DNA of 64,000 bases from Mobula hypostoma (lineage: Eukaryota). The position numbers were made by a program, and so were the translations under genes. Below the pieces are notes generated by a model, which ran no database searches, had not been told where the DNA came from, and saw only the letters and a program-made list of their open reading frames with translations. Of the stretch, positions 12,822-24,064 are shown in pieces. Numbering within the stretch: position 1 is the stretch's first letter; each line of letters starts with the position of its first letter. Location: assembly GCF_963921235.1 (NCBI RefSeq), contig NC_086097.1:169262001-169326000 (forward strand), written 5' to 3'.

Positions 12822-13482
12822 TAGATTAGATTAGATTATGAGGACACGCAGTCCTCTTTTATTGTCATTTAGTAATGCATGCATTAAGAAATGATACAAT
12901 GTCTTTCCAGAACGATATCACAGAAACACATGACAAACCGAGACTGAAAAACTGACAAAAACCACATAATTATAACATATAGTTCCAACAGTGCAAAGCA
13001 ATACCGTAATTTGATAAGAACAGACCATGGCACGGTAAAGTCTCAAAGTCTCTCGAAAGTCCCATCATCTCACGCAGACGATGAACCTCCAGCGCCACAA
13101 ACTTGCCGGTGCAGCATCCTGGAAGCATCCGACCACAGTCCGACTCCAAGTCCATCCAAAAACTCCGAGCCTCCAACCAGCTCTCCGACACCGATGCACC
13201 AAGCACCATCTCTGCCGAGCACTTCGACCCTGGCCCCGGCAGCAGGCAATAGGCAAGGCCGAGGATTTGGGGCCTTCCCTCCGTAGATTCTGAATTGCAC
13301 AGTAGTAGCGGCAGCGAAGCAGCCATTTCAGAAGTTTCTCCAGATGTTCCTCCGTGCTTCTCACAGCTGTCTCCATCAAATCAGGATTGTGCACGGCATC
13401 CTACTTCACAGATACGATATCATTCGGAACGGCCACACGTGCTGTGTCGTGCCGCCATCTTCTCCTCCCTCCTTGCTACGAG
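12822..13482 (-). mobile_element. Non-autonomous SINE-like retroposon (no tRNA head), copy 2
   Basis: Interrupts CR1 at the FADD-encoding site (ttgcagat | gatacaag); (TCTAA)n tail on minus strand at 12820-12837; same 5' GGAGGAGAAGATGGCG and 3' end as copy 1. Confidence 0.8.
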
Positions 13483-14865
13483 GATGATACAAGAATTGGT
13501 GGAGGGGCAGGTAGTGTTGAGGAAACAGGTAGATGCAGAAGGACTTAGACAGATTAGGAGAATGGGCAAGAGAGTGTCAAATGAAATATAATGTTGGAAA
13601 ATGCATGGACATGCACTATGGTAGTACAAATAAATATGTGGACTATTTTCTAAACGGGGAGAAAATCCAGGAATCTGAGATGCAGAGGGACTTGGGAGTC
13701 CTTGTGCAGAACACCCTGAAGGTTAACTTGCAGGTTGAGTCAGTGGTGAGGAAGACAAATGCCATGTTAGCATTCATTTCAAGAGGTTTAGAATACAAGA
13801 GCAAGGATGTGATACTGAGGCTTTATAAGGCACTGGTGAGGCCTCACCTTGAGTATTGTGTACAGTTTTGGGCTCCACATCTTATAAAAGATGTGCTGGC
13901 ATTGGAGAGGGTCCAGAGGAGGTTCACAAGGGTGATTCCAGGAATGAAAAGGTTATCATACAAGGAAAGTCTGATGGCTCTGCGTCTGTACTCGCTGGAA
14001 TTCAAAAGGATGAGGCGGGGATCTCATTGAAACCTTCCGAATGTTTGAAGGCCTAGACAGAGTAGAAGTGGAAAGGATGTTTCCCATGGTGGGGGAGTCT
14101 AGGACAAGAGGGCACAGCCTCAGGATAGAGGGGCGCCCTTTCAAAACAGAGATGTGGAAAAATTCCTTTAGCTAAAGGGTGGTGAATTTGTGGAACTTGT
14201 TGCCACATGCAGCTGTGGAGGCCAGGTCGTTGGGCGTATTTAAGGCAGAGATTGATAGGTTCTTGATTGGACACGGCATCAAAGGTTAAGGGGAGAAGGC
14301 CAGGAACTGCGGTTGAGGAGGAGGCATGATTGGAGGAGCCATGAAAAAAAGGATCAGCCGTGATTGAATGGCAGAACAGACTCGATGGGCCAGATGGCCT
14401 AATTTTTATGTCTTATGGTCTTATTTAACACGTCTACAAAGCGTGCTGTCACAAGAAAGCAGCATTCATCATCAAGGACCCCTACCATCCAGGCCATGCT
14501 CTCTTCTCTCTGCTATGTTCATGAAGGTGACACAGGAGCCTTAGGTCTCATGCTACCAGGTTCATGGATAGTTATTACCCTTCAACCATCGTGCTCCTGA
14601 ACCAGCGAGCATACCTTCACTCATCACCACAACACTGAACTGATCATTGAATACAACCTATGGACTCACATCCTAGGACTCTACAAGTCATCTTCTCAGT
14701 ATTATTTATTTATTTATTTATTATTAATTGTCTCTTTTTGTATTTGCACAGTTTGTCTTCTTTGCACTTTGGTTGCTTGTCTTTTTATATTATTTTTATT
14801 GATTTTATTATGTTTCTTTGTTCGACTGTGAATACCTGCAAGAAAATGAATCTCAAGGTAGTATT

Positions 14866-17268
14866 TCAATAACATGCAGCGTCATTGCTGGAGGGAAAGT
14901 TTTGTTCAATGCAGGTTGGCACTTCCATAGTATCCTGGATAATGAACTACCTGACTGGCAGACCACAGTTTGTGTGGCTTCAGAGCTGTGTGTCATACAT
15001 GGCTACAAGCAGTACCGGGGCCCCACAGGGGACTGTATTGGCTCCCTTCCTGTTTACCCTGTATACCTCGGACTTTAGATATAACACTGAGTCATGTCAT
15101 CTGCAGAAATTCTCTGATGACTCAGCAATAGTTGGGTGTATAAATGGAGGACGGGAGGATGAATACGGAGCCCTGGTGGAGAATTTTGTCAAATGGTACA
15201 AGCCAAATCATCTGCAGCTCAACATCAGTAAGCCAAAGGAGATAGTGATGGACTTTAGGAAGACCAAGCCTGCACTATTGCCTGTTACTGTTGATGGAGA
15301 AGACATGAATGTGGTGAGGACCTACAAGTACCTGGGGGTGCACCTGGATGACAGACTTGAGTGGAGCACCAACACAGAGGCTGTGTACAAGAAGGGCCAG
15401 AGTCACCTCTACTTCCTGAGGAGACTGAGGTCCTTTGGAGTACGCAGGTCTCTCCTTCACATGTTCTACCAGTCTGTTGTCACCAATACAATCTTCTATG
15501 AGGTGGTGTGCTGGGGCAATGCCATCAACATGGGTGATGCCAACAGGCTCAATAAACTAACTAGAAAGGCTGGCTTTGTTACAGGAGTCAAACTGGACAC
15601 ACTGGAGGCTATGGCAGAACAAAGGATCCTAAGGAAAACCCTGGCAATTCTGGACAATGTTTCTCACCCTCTGCATGCCACCTTGGCTGAACAGAGGAGC
15701 ACTTTCAGTAATAGACTAAGACAACGACATTACTCCGAAGAGTACTATATTAGATCATTCTTACCCTTGGCCATAAAGCTCTATAATATGAGTCAATCTA
15801 TAGCTGGGGAAATGATGACCCCTCCTGTTAGACTGTTATTAATCTCTGTTTACCAGAGCTGTGGTTAAGCTCTATTTAGTATATGCTGCTATCGCAGACA
15901 CCCTGTGCAATTCTACCATCACTTCTTTTCTGGACAATGTGAATGTGCATTTATTACTGTATAACATTACAGTAATTCTTGCACTACCATCTTATCAATG
16001 TGAACTTGTAAATCTTGTAATCTTTGACTTATAAATCTTGTACATCTTATTTCTAAGTTAACTTATTTTCTGTTCGTTCTTACTCTTCTAAAATTTGTAT
16101 ATCTGTGCACTTGTAATGCTACTGTGAAACTGTAGTTCCTTTGGAATCTGTCATGGTCCGGGCCGTGGACTCAAGACTCCGGGTCTTCCAGCTGTCCCTC
16201 GTTTAAGTTAATCATTGGCACCTGATTCCCATCTTTGGGCTTGCAATATAAGTAGCCCTGAGATTGAGTTTGGGCTGTTGGTTTGTCTTGTCAGTCCCCC
16301 TTAGGGCAACCTGCTGATGGAAGGCTAGTGAAACCATTTGTGATCTCTAGGTCTGGCTGGAGGACCACTGCTTCATGGAGCCTTGTTGCTACTTGTTGGA
16401 GTGGTCTTTGCTGTATGGATTCAGCTGTTTCCTGGGCCAGCTGAGTGGCGGCCAGCCACTCTGAGTTAGGTAGGGATCTGCTTGTTTCTGTAGCCAGCTG
16501 AGGTTACTGGCTAAACTGAGACTTGGAGCTACCCTGGAGCAGAGATGAAACTGTCTGTTGTTCTTTAGTGTTTGTCTTGTCTTGTCCTCACCTCTGTGGG
16601 GTAAGTTAGGCTGTTTTTCTGTTACCCTGTGGGGGGTCATGTCTTGTCTAGTCTTGTCTAGTCTTGTCCTTGCCCCTGTGGGGTAAGTCTGGCTGTCCTG
16701 CTGTTACCCAACAGGTGTACCTGTCCCACCTTGGTGTGGAGATGAAGTTGAGTCCTGGCTTGTCATAAGATAAGTCCCGGCTCTATGTCTATGTTCTGTC
16801 CTGTCTCATGTTTGTGTGTTGTGTTAAAGATGAGTTCTGGCTTGTCGAAGGATAAGTCCCAGCTCTATGTTGATGTTCTATTCCCAGTCTGTCTCTCAGC
16901 TCCAGTCTCCGAGTTATTAGCCTCTGCATTTCAAGACACAGATCTCGCGGCTGCGCTCTCGACCCGAGACCCCGAGCCATGTCATGTCCTTGCCTGGTTC
17001 TGGGGTCTGAGCCCGAGGCAAGACCCAGGTTCTGGGTCCTTGTCCAGTCTCAGGCTCGGAGTCCAAGGCTTGTCTCCTAGTCTATAGTTCCTAGTCCTGG
17101 TCCCACTTTCCCTAGCCCAGCTCTGCATTCTTGTCCCTGCCCCTTGCCTGAATCCTGTCACGTCCTTACTCTAGTCAAGTCCTGTTTCTTGTACTTCAGT
17201 GTCTGTGTCTTGCACTTGGGTCTGTTCCCAGCACCCCCTTGTAACAGAATCAGTAAAGTATCTATCTA
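14866..17268 (+). mobile_element. Rex1-type LINE, 5'-truncated, with an uninterrupted 327-aa RT/C-terminal reading frame (14885..15868); 3' tail split by a solo LTR
   Basis: STGAPQGTVLAPFLFTLYTSDF...LQKFSDDSAIVG...YKYLGVHLD; tail ttcctttggaatc|agtaaagtatctatct resumes after 17251. Confidence 0.88.
16149..17246 (+). mobile_element. Solo LTR (Gypsy-like LTR retrotransposon), 1098 bp
   Basis: Begins TGTCA, ends GTAACA; perfect 5-bp TSD GAATC at 16144-16148 and 17247-17251; CACCTG 16219-16224 and TATAAG 16247-16252; internal short tandem duplications; no coding remnants. Confidence 0.85.
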
Positions 17269-17409
17269 GTTGGTGACAGTATTTTGATACCAAATTAATT
17301 TTGAACATTAAACTTGATTATGCTTCTCATAATCTTGTACTCCTCTATCAATTTGCCTCTCATCCTCCTTCACTCCAAAGAGAAAAACATTTCCTCATGT
17401 TCTCTAATC

Positions 17410-19192
17410 CAGGCAGCATCGAGCTGCAGCTTTCTGGATTGCTGGAATCTCTTCTGGGTAAAAGAGGAGACCTGTACAAACACCTGAACCCAAGGGATCC
17501 AATATCTTTGTGAGCAGGTTTGCTAGAGTTTTGGGGGAGGGTTTAAAGTAATTTGGCAGGGGGGTGGGAATAAGAATGATAGGGCTGAGAATGTGATGTT
17601 GGTATAGAACTAGATGCAGTGTGTAATGAGACTGAGGAAGGACAGACAGATGATAGGGCAAAATTGCAGTGCAACAGAATGCCAAAATCAAAAAGGCTGA
17701 TGAATACAGGACTGAAAGTGTTATATTTGAGTGCAACTAGTATATGGAATAGGAAGATGATGCCATAGTGCAGTTAGAGATTGGCAAGTATGAAGTGTGG
17801 ACATTCCTGAGTCATGACTGAACGAAGATCACAGTTGGAAGCTTAGCATCCAAGGATGCACATTGTTTTGGAAGGACAGGCAGGTAGGCAGAGGGGGTTG
17901 GGGTGGCTCTGGTTGTTTTTTTAAATAAATAAATAAATAAATAAAATAAAATCTTTAGAAAGATGTGACATAGGACAATATCCTTGTGGATAAAGTAAAA
18001 AAAAACTGCAAGAGTAAAGAGACCCTGATGGGAATTATATATAGGCCTCCGAACACTAGCCAGAATATGGGCCACAAACTACAATGGGAGACGGAAAGGA
18101 GCATGCCAAAAGGGCAATGTTGCAATATGGGGCATTTCAATATGCAAGTAGATTGGGGGAAAAACAGGTTGGTGCTGGATTGCAAGAGGGAATTTGTAGA
18201 ATGCCCACAAGATGGCTTTTTAGAGCAGGCTGTGGTGGAGCCCACTGTGGGAATGGCAATTCCAGATTGGGTGTTATGTAATGACCCAGATTTGATTAGG
18301 GAACTTCAGGTGAAGGAACCCTTGGGAGGCAGTGATCGCCATTATACAACTCACCCTGCAGTTTGAGCTAAAATCGGATGTATCAGTATTACAGTGGAGT
18401 AAAGGGAATTACAGAGGCATGAGAGAGGAGCTGGCCAAAGTCGACTGGAAGGGAATGCTATCATGGATGACAGTGGAACAGCAATGGCTGGTGTTTGTGG
18501 GGGAAATTCAGAAGGTGCAGAAAAAATACAGTATATCCTAAAGATTAATTACTCAAAAGGGAGGATGAGGCAATTGTGGCTGACAGGGGAAGTCAAAGAC
18601 AACATAAAAGAAAAAGAGAGGGCATATAATATTGCAAAGTTAGTGAGATGTTAGAAGATTGGGAAGCTTTTAAAAACCAACAGAAGGTAACTTAAAAAAA
18701 AGCCATAAGGAGTGAAAAGATGAAATATAAAAGTAAGCAAGCCAATAATATAAGAGTATACAGAAGTTTTTTTCAGATATATAAAGAATAAAGAGATGAG
18801 TGTCACTGAAAATGACACTGGAAAGATAGTAATGGGGGACAAAGTAATTGCAGATAAACTTAATAAATATTTTGCATCTGTCTTTACTGGGGAAGCACTA
18901 GCAGATTGCCAGAATCTAGTAGTTTGCCAAGGGGCAGAAGTGAGTGTCATTACTATTACTAAGGAGAAGGTTCTTGGGAAACTGAAAAATCTGAAAGTAG
19001 ATAACTCACCAGGACCAGATGAACCACATCCCAAGGTCCTGAGGTAGCTGAGGAGATTGTGGAAGCATCTTTCAACAATCACTTGATTCTGGAATGGTTC
19101 TGGAGGACTGGAAAATTGCAAATGGTACTCCACTCTTTAAGAATGGAGGGAAGCAGAAGAAAGGAAATTATAGGCCAGTTAGCCTGACTTCA
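17410..19192 (+). mobile_element. CR1 LINE fragment (end of ORF1, APE domain, start of RT), heavily decayed
   Basis: IIYRPPN, LNKYFASVFTGE, VDNSPGPDEPHPKVLR in ORFs 17986..18366 and 18796..19047. Confidence 0.85.
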
Positions 19193-20215
19193 ACATCTCT
19201 AGCTCCATCTCTCTGAGCATTAGCGCCCCACCACCAGGGCAGCATGCTTAGCCCACTACTGCTCACTCTGCTGATGCATGAATCTACTGCTAGATCCAGC
19301 TTAAATTAGCTGATGATGCAATAGTGGTTGGCCTTGCCAACAGCGACGATGTGAATGCATAGGAAAGGAGGTAGAGCGGTTTGTAGAATGGAACAAGCAC
19401 ATCAATTTGAGTCTTTATGTGGACAAGACTAAAGAGATGATTGTGGACTTTATGAAGGTGCAGGCTGACCACTTCTCCGTGGACAGTGTTAGGAACGCCA
19501 AGTTTCTGGGGTACGCACAATGGACGATCTCACTTGGTCTGTCAACACCACCTCTTCAGTCAAGAAAGCATAATAGTGTCTCCACTTCCTGAGGGGATTG
19601 AGGTAATAGAGGCTTCACAAACCCAGCCCTCTCCTAACACATTCTAACCAATTTTTACAGGAGATATGGTGAGAATGTACTGACTTGCTGCATCACCATC
19701 TGGTGTAGAAATTGCAAAGCATCTGACTCTGCAAGACCCTACAAAGGATTGCAAGAACTGCTGAGATAATCATCATGGTCTGTCAAGATATTTATCAGAA
19801 ACGCTGTGTAAGCAGGGTCCTTAGCATTGTCAAAGATCCCATCAATCCATCCTACAATCCCTTTGGCTCTCTATCATCAGGCAGGAGTTTCTGTAGCATT
19901 AGGACAAGGACTGTTAGGATGAGAAGCAGCTTCTCAATCCAGGCCTTAAGGCTATTGAACTCCCTGCTACCACCCAGGTCTCATCATTTACTAAGTGCTG
20001 GTAGCATTATATTGTTTGTTTTTTGACTGGTGTCATAAATGCACCTTCTGTGAAATGTCAGTCTTCTGGAATATATTTCATTGATAATTTACTTGTAGTA
20101 ATATTACTTTATTTGTCATATGTAAGTTATAGATACTGTGTTGTGCACTTTAGTCTGGAGGAACATTGTTTCCTTTGGTGGTATACATGTACATAGTTCA
20201 ATGATAATAAACTTC
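19193..20215 (+). mobile_element. Rex1/Babar-type LINE 3' fragment, decayed
   Basis: KTKEMIVDF (19407..), IVKDPINPSYNPFGSLSSGRSF...RMRSSF (19775..20026); ends atgataataaactt. Confidence 0.75.
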
Positions 20216-20254
20216 AAACAGATCCCTCTGTTTCTCCACACAGCTAAGAAACTT

Positions 20255-22230
20255 ACCATTGACCTTGTACTCTGCCTTCAAGTTCAATCTTCCAAAGTGT
20301 ATCATATGACACTTCTTCATCTAACTCTGCATTGTATCTATATCCTGCTGTAACTTACAGCATCCTTCTAATCTAGACTATCCACAACACCACCTTCATG
20401 TCATTTGCAAACTTACTAACCCACCCCTCCAATTCCTGACACAAATCACACTTAACAATCACAAAGGATGAAGGTCCCAGAACAGATCCCTGCAGAACAT
20501 CACCAGTCACCAGCTCCAGGCAGAACATGCTCCATAGAACACGAGAAAGACTGCAGATGCTGGAAATCCAAAACAACACAGACAAAATGCTGGAGGAATT
20601 CTGAAGTTCAGGCAGTATCTATGGAAATGAATAAACAGTTGCTGGTTTGGACCAAGACCTTTCTTCAGGGCAAAACAAAGGGGGAAGATGCCAGAATAAA
20701 AAGGTGGTGGGAAGGAAAGGAGGATAGCTGAAGGTGATAGGTGAAGCCAGTTGGATAGGAAAGATAAAGTGCTAGAGAGAAAGAAATCTGATAGAGGAGT
20801 GTAGACCATAGTAAAAAGGGAAGGAGGAGAGGCATCAAGGGGAGGTGATAGGCAGGTGAGAAGAGGCAAGAGGTCAGAGTGGGGAATGGAAGAAGTGGGA
20901 AGGGGGAGGGTCATTTTTTTTGTTACCAGAAAGAGAAATCGATATTCATGCCATCAGGTTGGAGGCTGCCCAGAAGGAATAATAAGGTGTCGTTCCTCCA
21001 CCCTGAGGGTGGTCTTATCTGGGCACAAGAGTAAGTCATGGACCAGCATGTCAGAATGGGAATGGAAATCAGAATTGAAATATTTGGCCACTGGGAAGTT
21101 CCATTTTTGGCATATGGAGCAGATATGCTGGACAAAGTGGTCCCCCAATTTATGATCGGCCTCACCAATGTGGAGGAGGCCACATCAGGAGCACCGGACA
21201 CAGTAAACAACACCAGAAGTGTTGCCTCACATAGAAGGACTGCTTGGGGCCCTGAATGCAGGTGAAGGAATTGGTGAATAGGTAGGTGTAACATCTAGGC
21301 TGCTTGCAGGGATAAGTGCCAGGAAGGATATTGGTGGGGAGGGACGAATGGACAAGGGAATCACGGAGGGATCAATCCCTGTGGAAAGTGAAGAGGGTGG
21401 GAGGTAAAGATATGTTTGGTGATATGATCCCTTTGGAGATTTTGGAAATTGTGGTGGATGATGTGTTGATGTGGAGGCTCATGGGCTGGTAGGTAAGGCA
21501 AAGAGGGACTCTGTCACTGTCAAGGGAGCGGGAAGATGGGGTGAGTGCAGGTGTTTAGGAAATGGAGGAAATGTGGGTGAGGGCAGCATCAATGGTCGAG
21601 AAGGGGGACCATTCTTTGAAGAAGGAGGACATCTCTAATGTCCTGGAATGGAAAACCGCATCCGGGGAACAGATGTGACAGAGACTTTCTCCAGGGGACA
21701 AGGAGGGAAGAAGTATAGTCAAGATAACTGTGGAAATCTGTAGGTTTATAAAAGATGTTAATCAATAGTTTGTCCCCAGAGATGGAGACAGAGAGATTGA
21801 GAAATGGGAAGGAGGTGTCATAAATAGACCAAGTTAAGGGCAGGGTGGAAGTTAGAGGCAAAGTTGATGAAATTGATGAGCTCAGCATGGATGCATGAAG
21901 CAGCACCAATGTCGTCATCAATGTAGCAGAGGAAGAGTTGGGGAATATTACCGGGGAAGGCTTGGAACATGGACTATTCCACAAAGCCAGCAAAGAGGCT
22001 GGCATAGCTGGGGCCCATGAGGGTGCCCATGGCTACCCCTAGAGTCTGGAGAAAGTAGGAGGAGCTGAAGGAACTCCATCTACCACCACCCTCTGTGGGC
22101 AAGCCAATTCGGAATCCACACAAGTCCCCATAGATCCCAATCCTTATGACTTTCTGAATAAGCCTACAATAGGGAACCTTATCATAAAATCTGTGTACAC
22201 CACATCCATCACTTGACTTTCATCAACTTG
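20255..22230 (-). mobile_element. CR1 RT fragment, split by a Penelope-like insertion
   Basis: VTGDVLQGSVLGP...WVSKFAND in ORF 20373..20585(-); continues at 22074 (ctccatctaccaccaccctctg). Confidence 0.7.
20536..22073 (-). mobile_element. Penelope-like element (RT and GIY-YIG endonuclease fragments plus pLTR), 5'-truncated
   Basis: Minus-strand QTLGVAMGT (RT), DKLLINIFYKPTDFHSYLDYTSS, GDHFVQHICSI...FPVAKYFNS, LGSLQPDGMNIDFS; candidate TSD CTCCAT at 20530-20535 and 22074-22079. Confidence 0.88.
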
Positions 22231-22388
22231 TCTCCTTCTTGAAGTGTAAGATTAGTGTAAAATGTGGAGATGATGAGCTGAAGGGTCTGTTTCAGTATTG
22301 TAGCTCTTGAAGATGAAAAGAACTTAATATGGTGCCACAATCACCACCAGTGTACCATTGTCTCCCAGTAAACTCCTTCCCCAATCCT

Positions 22389-22594
22389 TTAGCCGGTTGG
22401 TGGTATAGTGGCACCCGCTTCTGACTTTGAGCTGAATGGTCCTGGGTTTGAATCTGGCTGGCTTCTTGCAAGCTTTCCGTTTGTGCTTGGTTGAGTGTCA
22501 AGCTAGCAACTTGGCCTTGAAAAGAACGTTCAAATGCTAAAGAAATGGCAAGGTTGCCACCCAATGTGCCACAAGGTGTCAAAAGGAGCAACAA
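22389..22594 (+). mobile_element. tRNA-derived SINE with (CAA)n tail
   Basis: A-box TGGTATAGTGG, B-box-like GGTTTGAATCT, acceptor-stem-like agccggt/gctggct; tail caacaacaa; 7-bp TSD CAATCCT at 22382-22388 and 22595-22601. Confidence 0.8.
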
Positions 22595-23099
22595 CAATCC
22601 TGAAGAAAGTAAGTAGTATCAGAATTAGTAATTTGACTTCTTGAGTTGGTTCTACCATTCAATAGATCCATGGCTAATCCTAAACTTAATTTACACTTTC
22701 CTGGTTCATATCCCTTTTCCATGATTAGTTGAAAGAACTAATAACGGCTTCTCACCCAAACCATCACACCTACAAATCTAATGCTATTTTTATAGCTACA
22801 GTATTACTTTACTGAATAGAGCAAGTAACTGGGTTAGTTATATTATTATTTATTTTGAGGGGAAATGAACACAAAAGGGAGGTTTTGATTGAGTTATTAG
22901 TGAGGCATATGAAATGAAATACATTGAACATGATTAATCTCCTTACTAAAGGAAGAATATTAATGCTGGTTGACTTGCGAGGAGAGGTTGGACAGGCCAG
23001 GCTTGTAACAACCGAAGCTTAACAGTGAGAGGAGACTTGGTTGAAACTGTTAAGATTCTGAGCTGAGTCGGAGAAAATGCTTCCACTTGTGGTAGAATC

Positions 23100-23820
23100 T
23101 CAAAGTTAAAGTCAAAGTAAATTTATTATCACTGTACATATAAGTCATCATATACTATCCTGAAATTCATTTTCTTGCAGGCATTTAAAGGAAAATAAAG
23201 AAATACAACAGAATGTATGAAAAGCTATTTATAAAGAAAGACTGACAAACTAAAGTGCAAAATAAAACAAATTGTGCAAATAACAACAAAAAAAAACATA
23301 CTCAGGACATGAGTTTCAGTCCTTGAAAGTGAACCTGTAGGATGTGGAATCAGTTCAGATTGAAGTTATCGATGCTAGTTGTAGAGTAATAACTGTTCCT
23401 GAGCCTGGTGGTGTGGGACTTAAGGCTCCTGTGCCTTCTTCCCAATGGCAGCAGTGAAAAGAGAGCTGGATGGGTGGGGTCTATGATGATGAATACTGCT
23501 TTCTTGTGCCAGAGCTCCTTGTAAATGTGCTCAATGGTGGAGAGGGTTTCACCTGTGATGGACTGGGTTATATCCACCACTTTCTGTAACTTTTCTGTTT
23601 CTAGGTATTAGTATTTCCATACCAGGCCATGATACATCCGGTTAGATCAGGGGTTCCCAGCCATTTTAATGCCACGGATCCTTCCCATTACCAAGGGGTC
23701 CATGGACCCCAAGTTAGGAACTCTTGAGTTAGACAGTACTCTCCACAGCGCATCTAATGAAAATTGTCAAAGTTTTAGATGTCATGCCAAATCTACATGA
23801 ACTTCTAAAAAAGTAAGAAA
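23100..23820 (-). mobile_element. Rex1/Babar-type LINE 3' end, decayed
   Basis: ORF 23350..23580(-) QSITGETLSTIEHIY...LLPLGRRHRSLKSHTTRLRNSYY; tail caaagttaaagtcaaagtaaatttattatc on plus strand. Confidence 0.75.
23648..23726. mobile_element. Tiny hAT (Charlie-like) MITE, 79 bp
   Basis: CAGGGGTTCCCAG...TTAGGAACTCTTG imperfect TIRs; 8-bp flanks GGTTAGAT / AGTTAGAC (6 of 8 identical). Confidence 0.65.
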
Positions 23821-24064
23821 ATTATCCAGAACTAGGGTTTACTGTTCACAAATGAGGAACTGGCCATTTAAGACAGAGACAAGGCAAAAGCTCTTCTCTC
23901 AGTTCTGGGTCTGTGAAACTCAATTTCTCAAGAGATAGTGGAAGAAAAGACATTAAATATTTCTTGAGACAGAGTTAGATAGAATCTTGAAAAATACACC
24001 TCTGAAAAGTTATGACATGTAGACAGAAATGTGGAGTTGAATTTTCAATAAGATCAGCTATGAC

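Larger units (their letters stand above)
7692..14424 (+). mobile_element. Near full-length CR1 LINE (5' UTR, esterase-type ORF1, APE-RT ORF2, 3' tail), decayed and carrying nested insertions
   Basis: ORF1 fragments 7905..8186 (C-x-x-C...KCIQLQLL) and 8194..8772 (GDLIVRG, HIGTND, DGLHL = SGNH esterase); APE motifs YLNARSIRNK, IYRPPN, MGDFN; RT motifs NYRPVSLTSVVGK, YLDFQKAFDKVPH; tail TCTTATGGTCTTAT at 14411-14424. Confidence 0.9.
6556..14865 (+). mobile_element. Rex1/Babar-type LINE (outer host), split by a CR1 insertion at ~7692-14424
   Basis: RT fragments 6639..6875 ([10 protein letters not shown]...FTDIFNLSL) and 6939..7343 (STADAI...DYSSAFN...FKFVDDT); C-terminal part resumes at ~14425 (aaagcagcattcatcatcaaggacccc) and runs to a 3' UTR at ~14865. 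Confidence 0.8.

Noticed and set aside
14885..15868. Uninterrupted 327-aa RT ORF as a domesticated or active gene
   Set aside because: 5'-truncated, lacks endonuclease and N-terminal RT motifs, retains LINE 3' UTR; consistent with a young dead copy
16570..16870. Short direct repeats resembling a CRISPR-like array
   Set aside because: Irregular two- to three-copy duplications inside a solo LTR; no constant repeat with unique spacers and no cas genes in a vertebrate context
22391..22463. Functional tRNA gene
   Set aside because: B-box is degenerate, no oligo-T terminator follows, and it continues into a SINE body with tail and TSD
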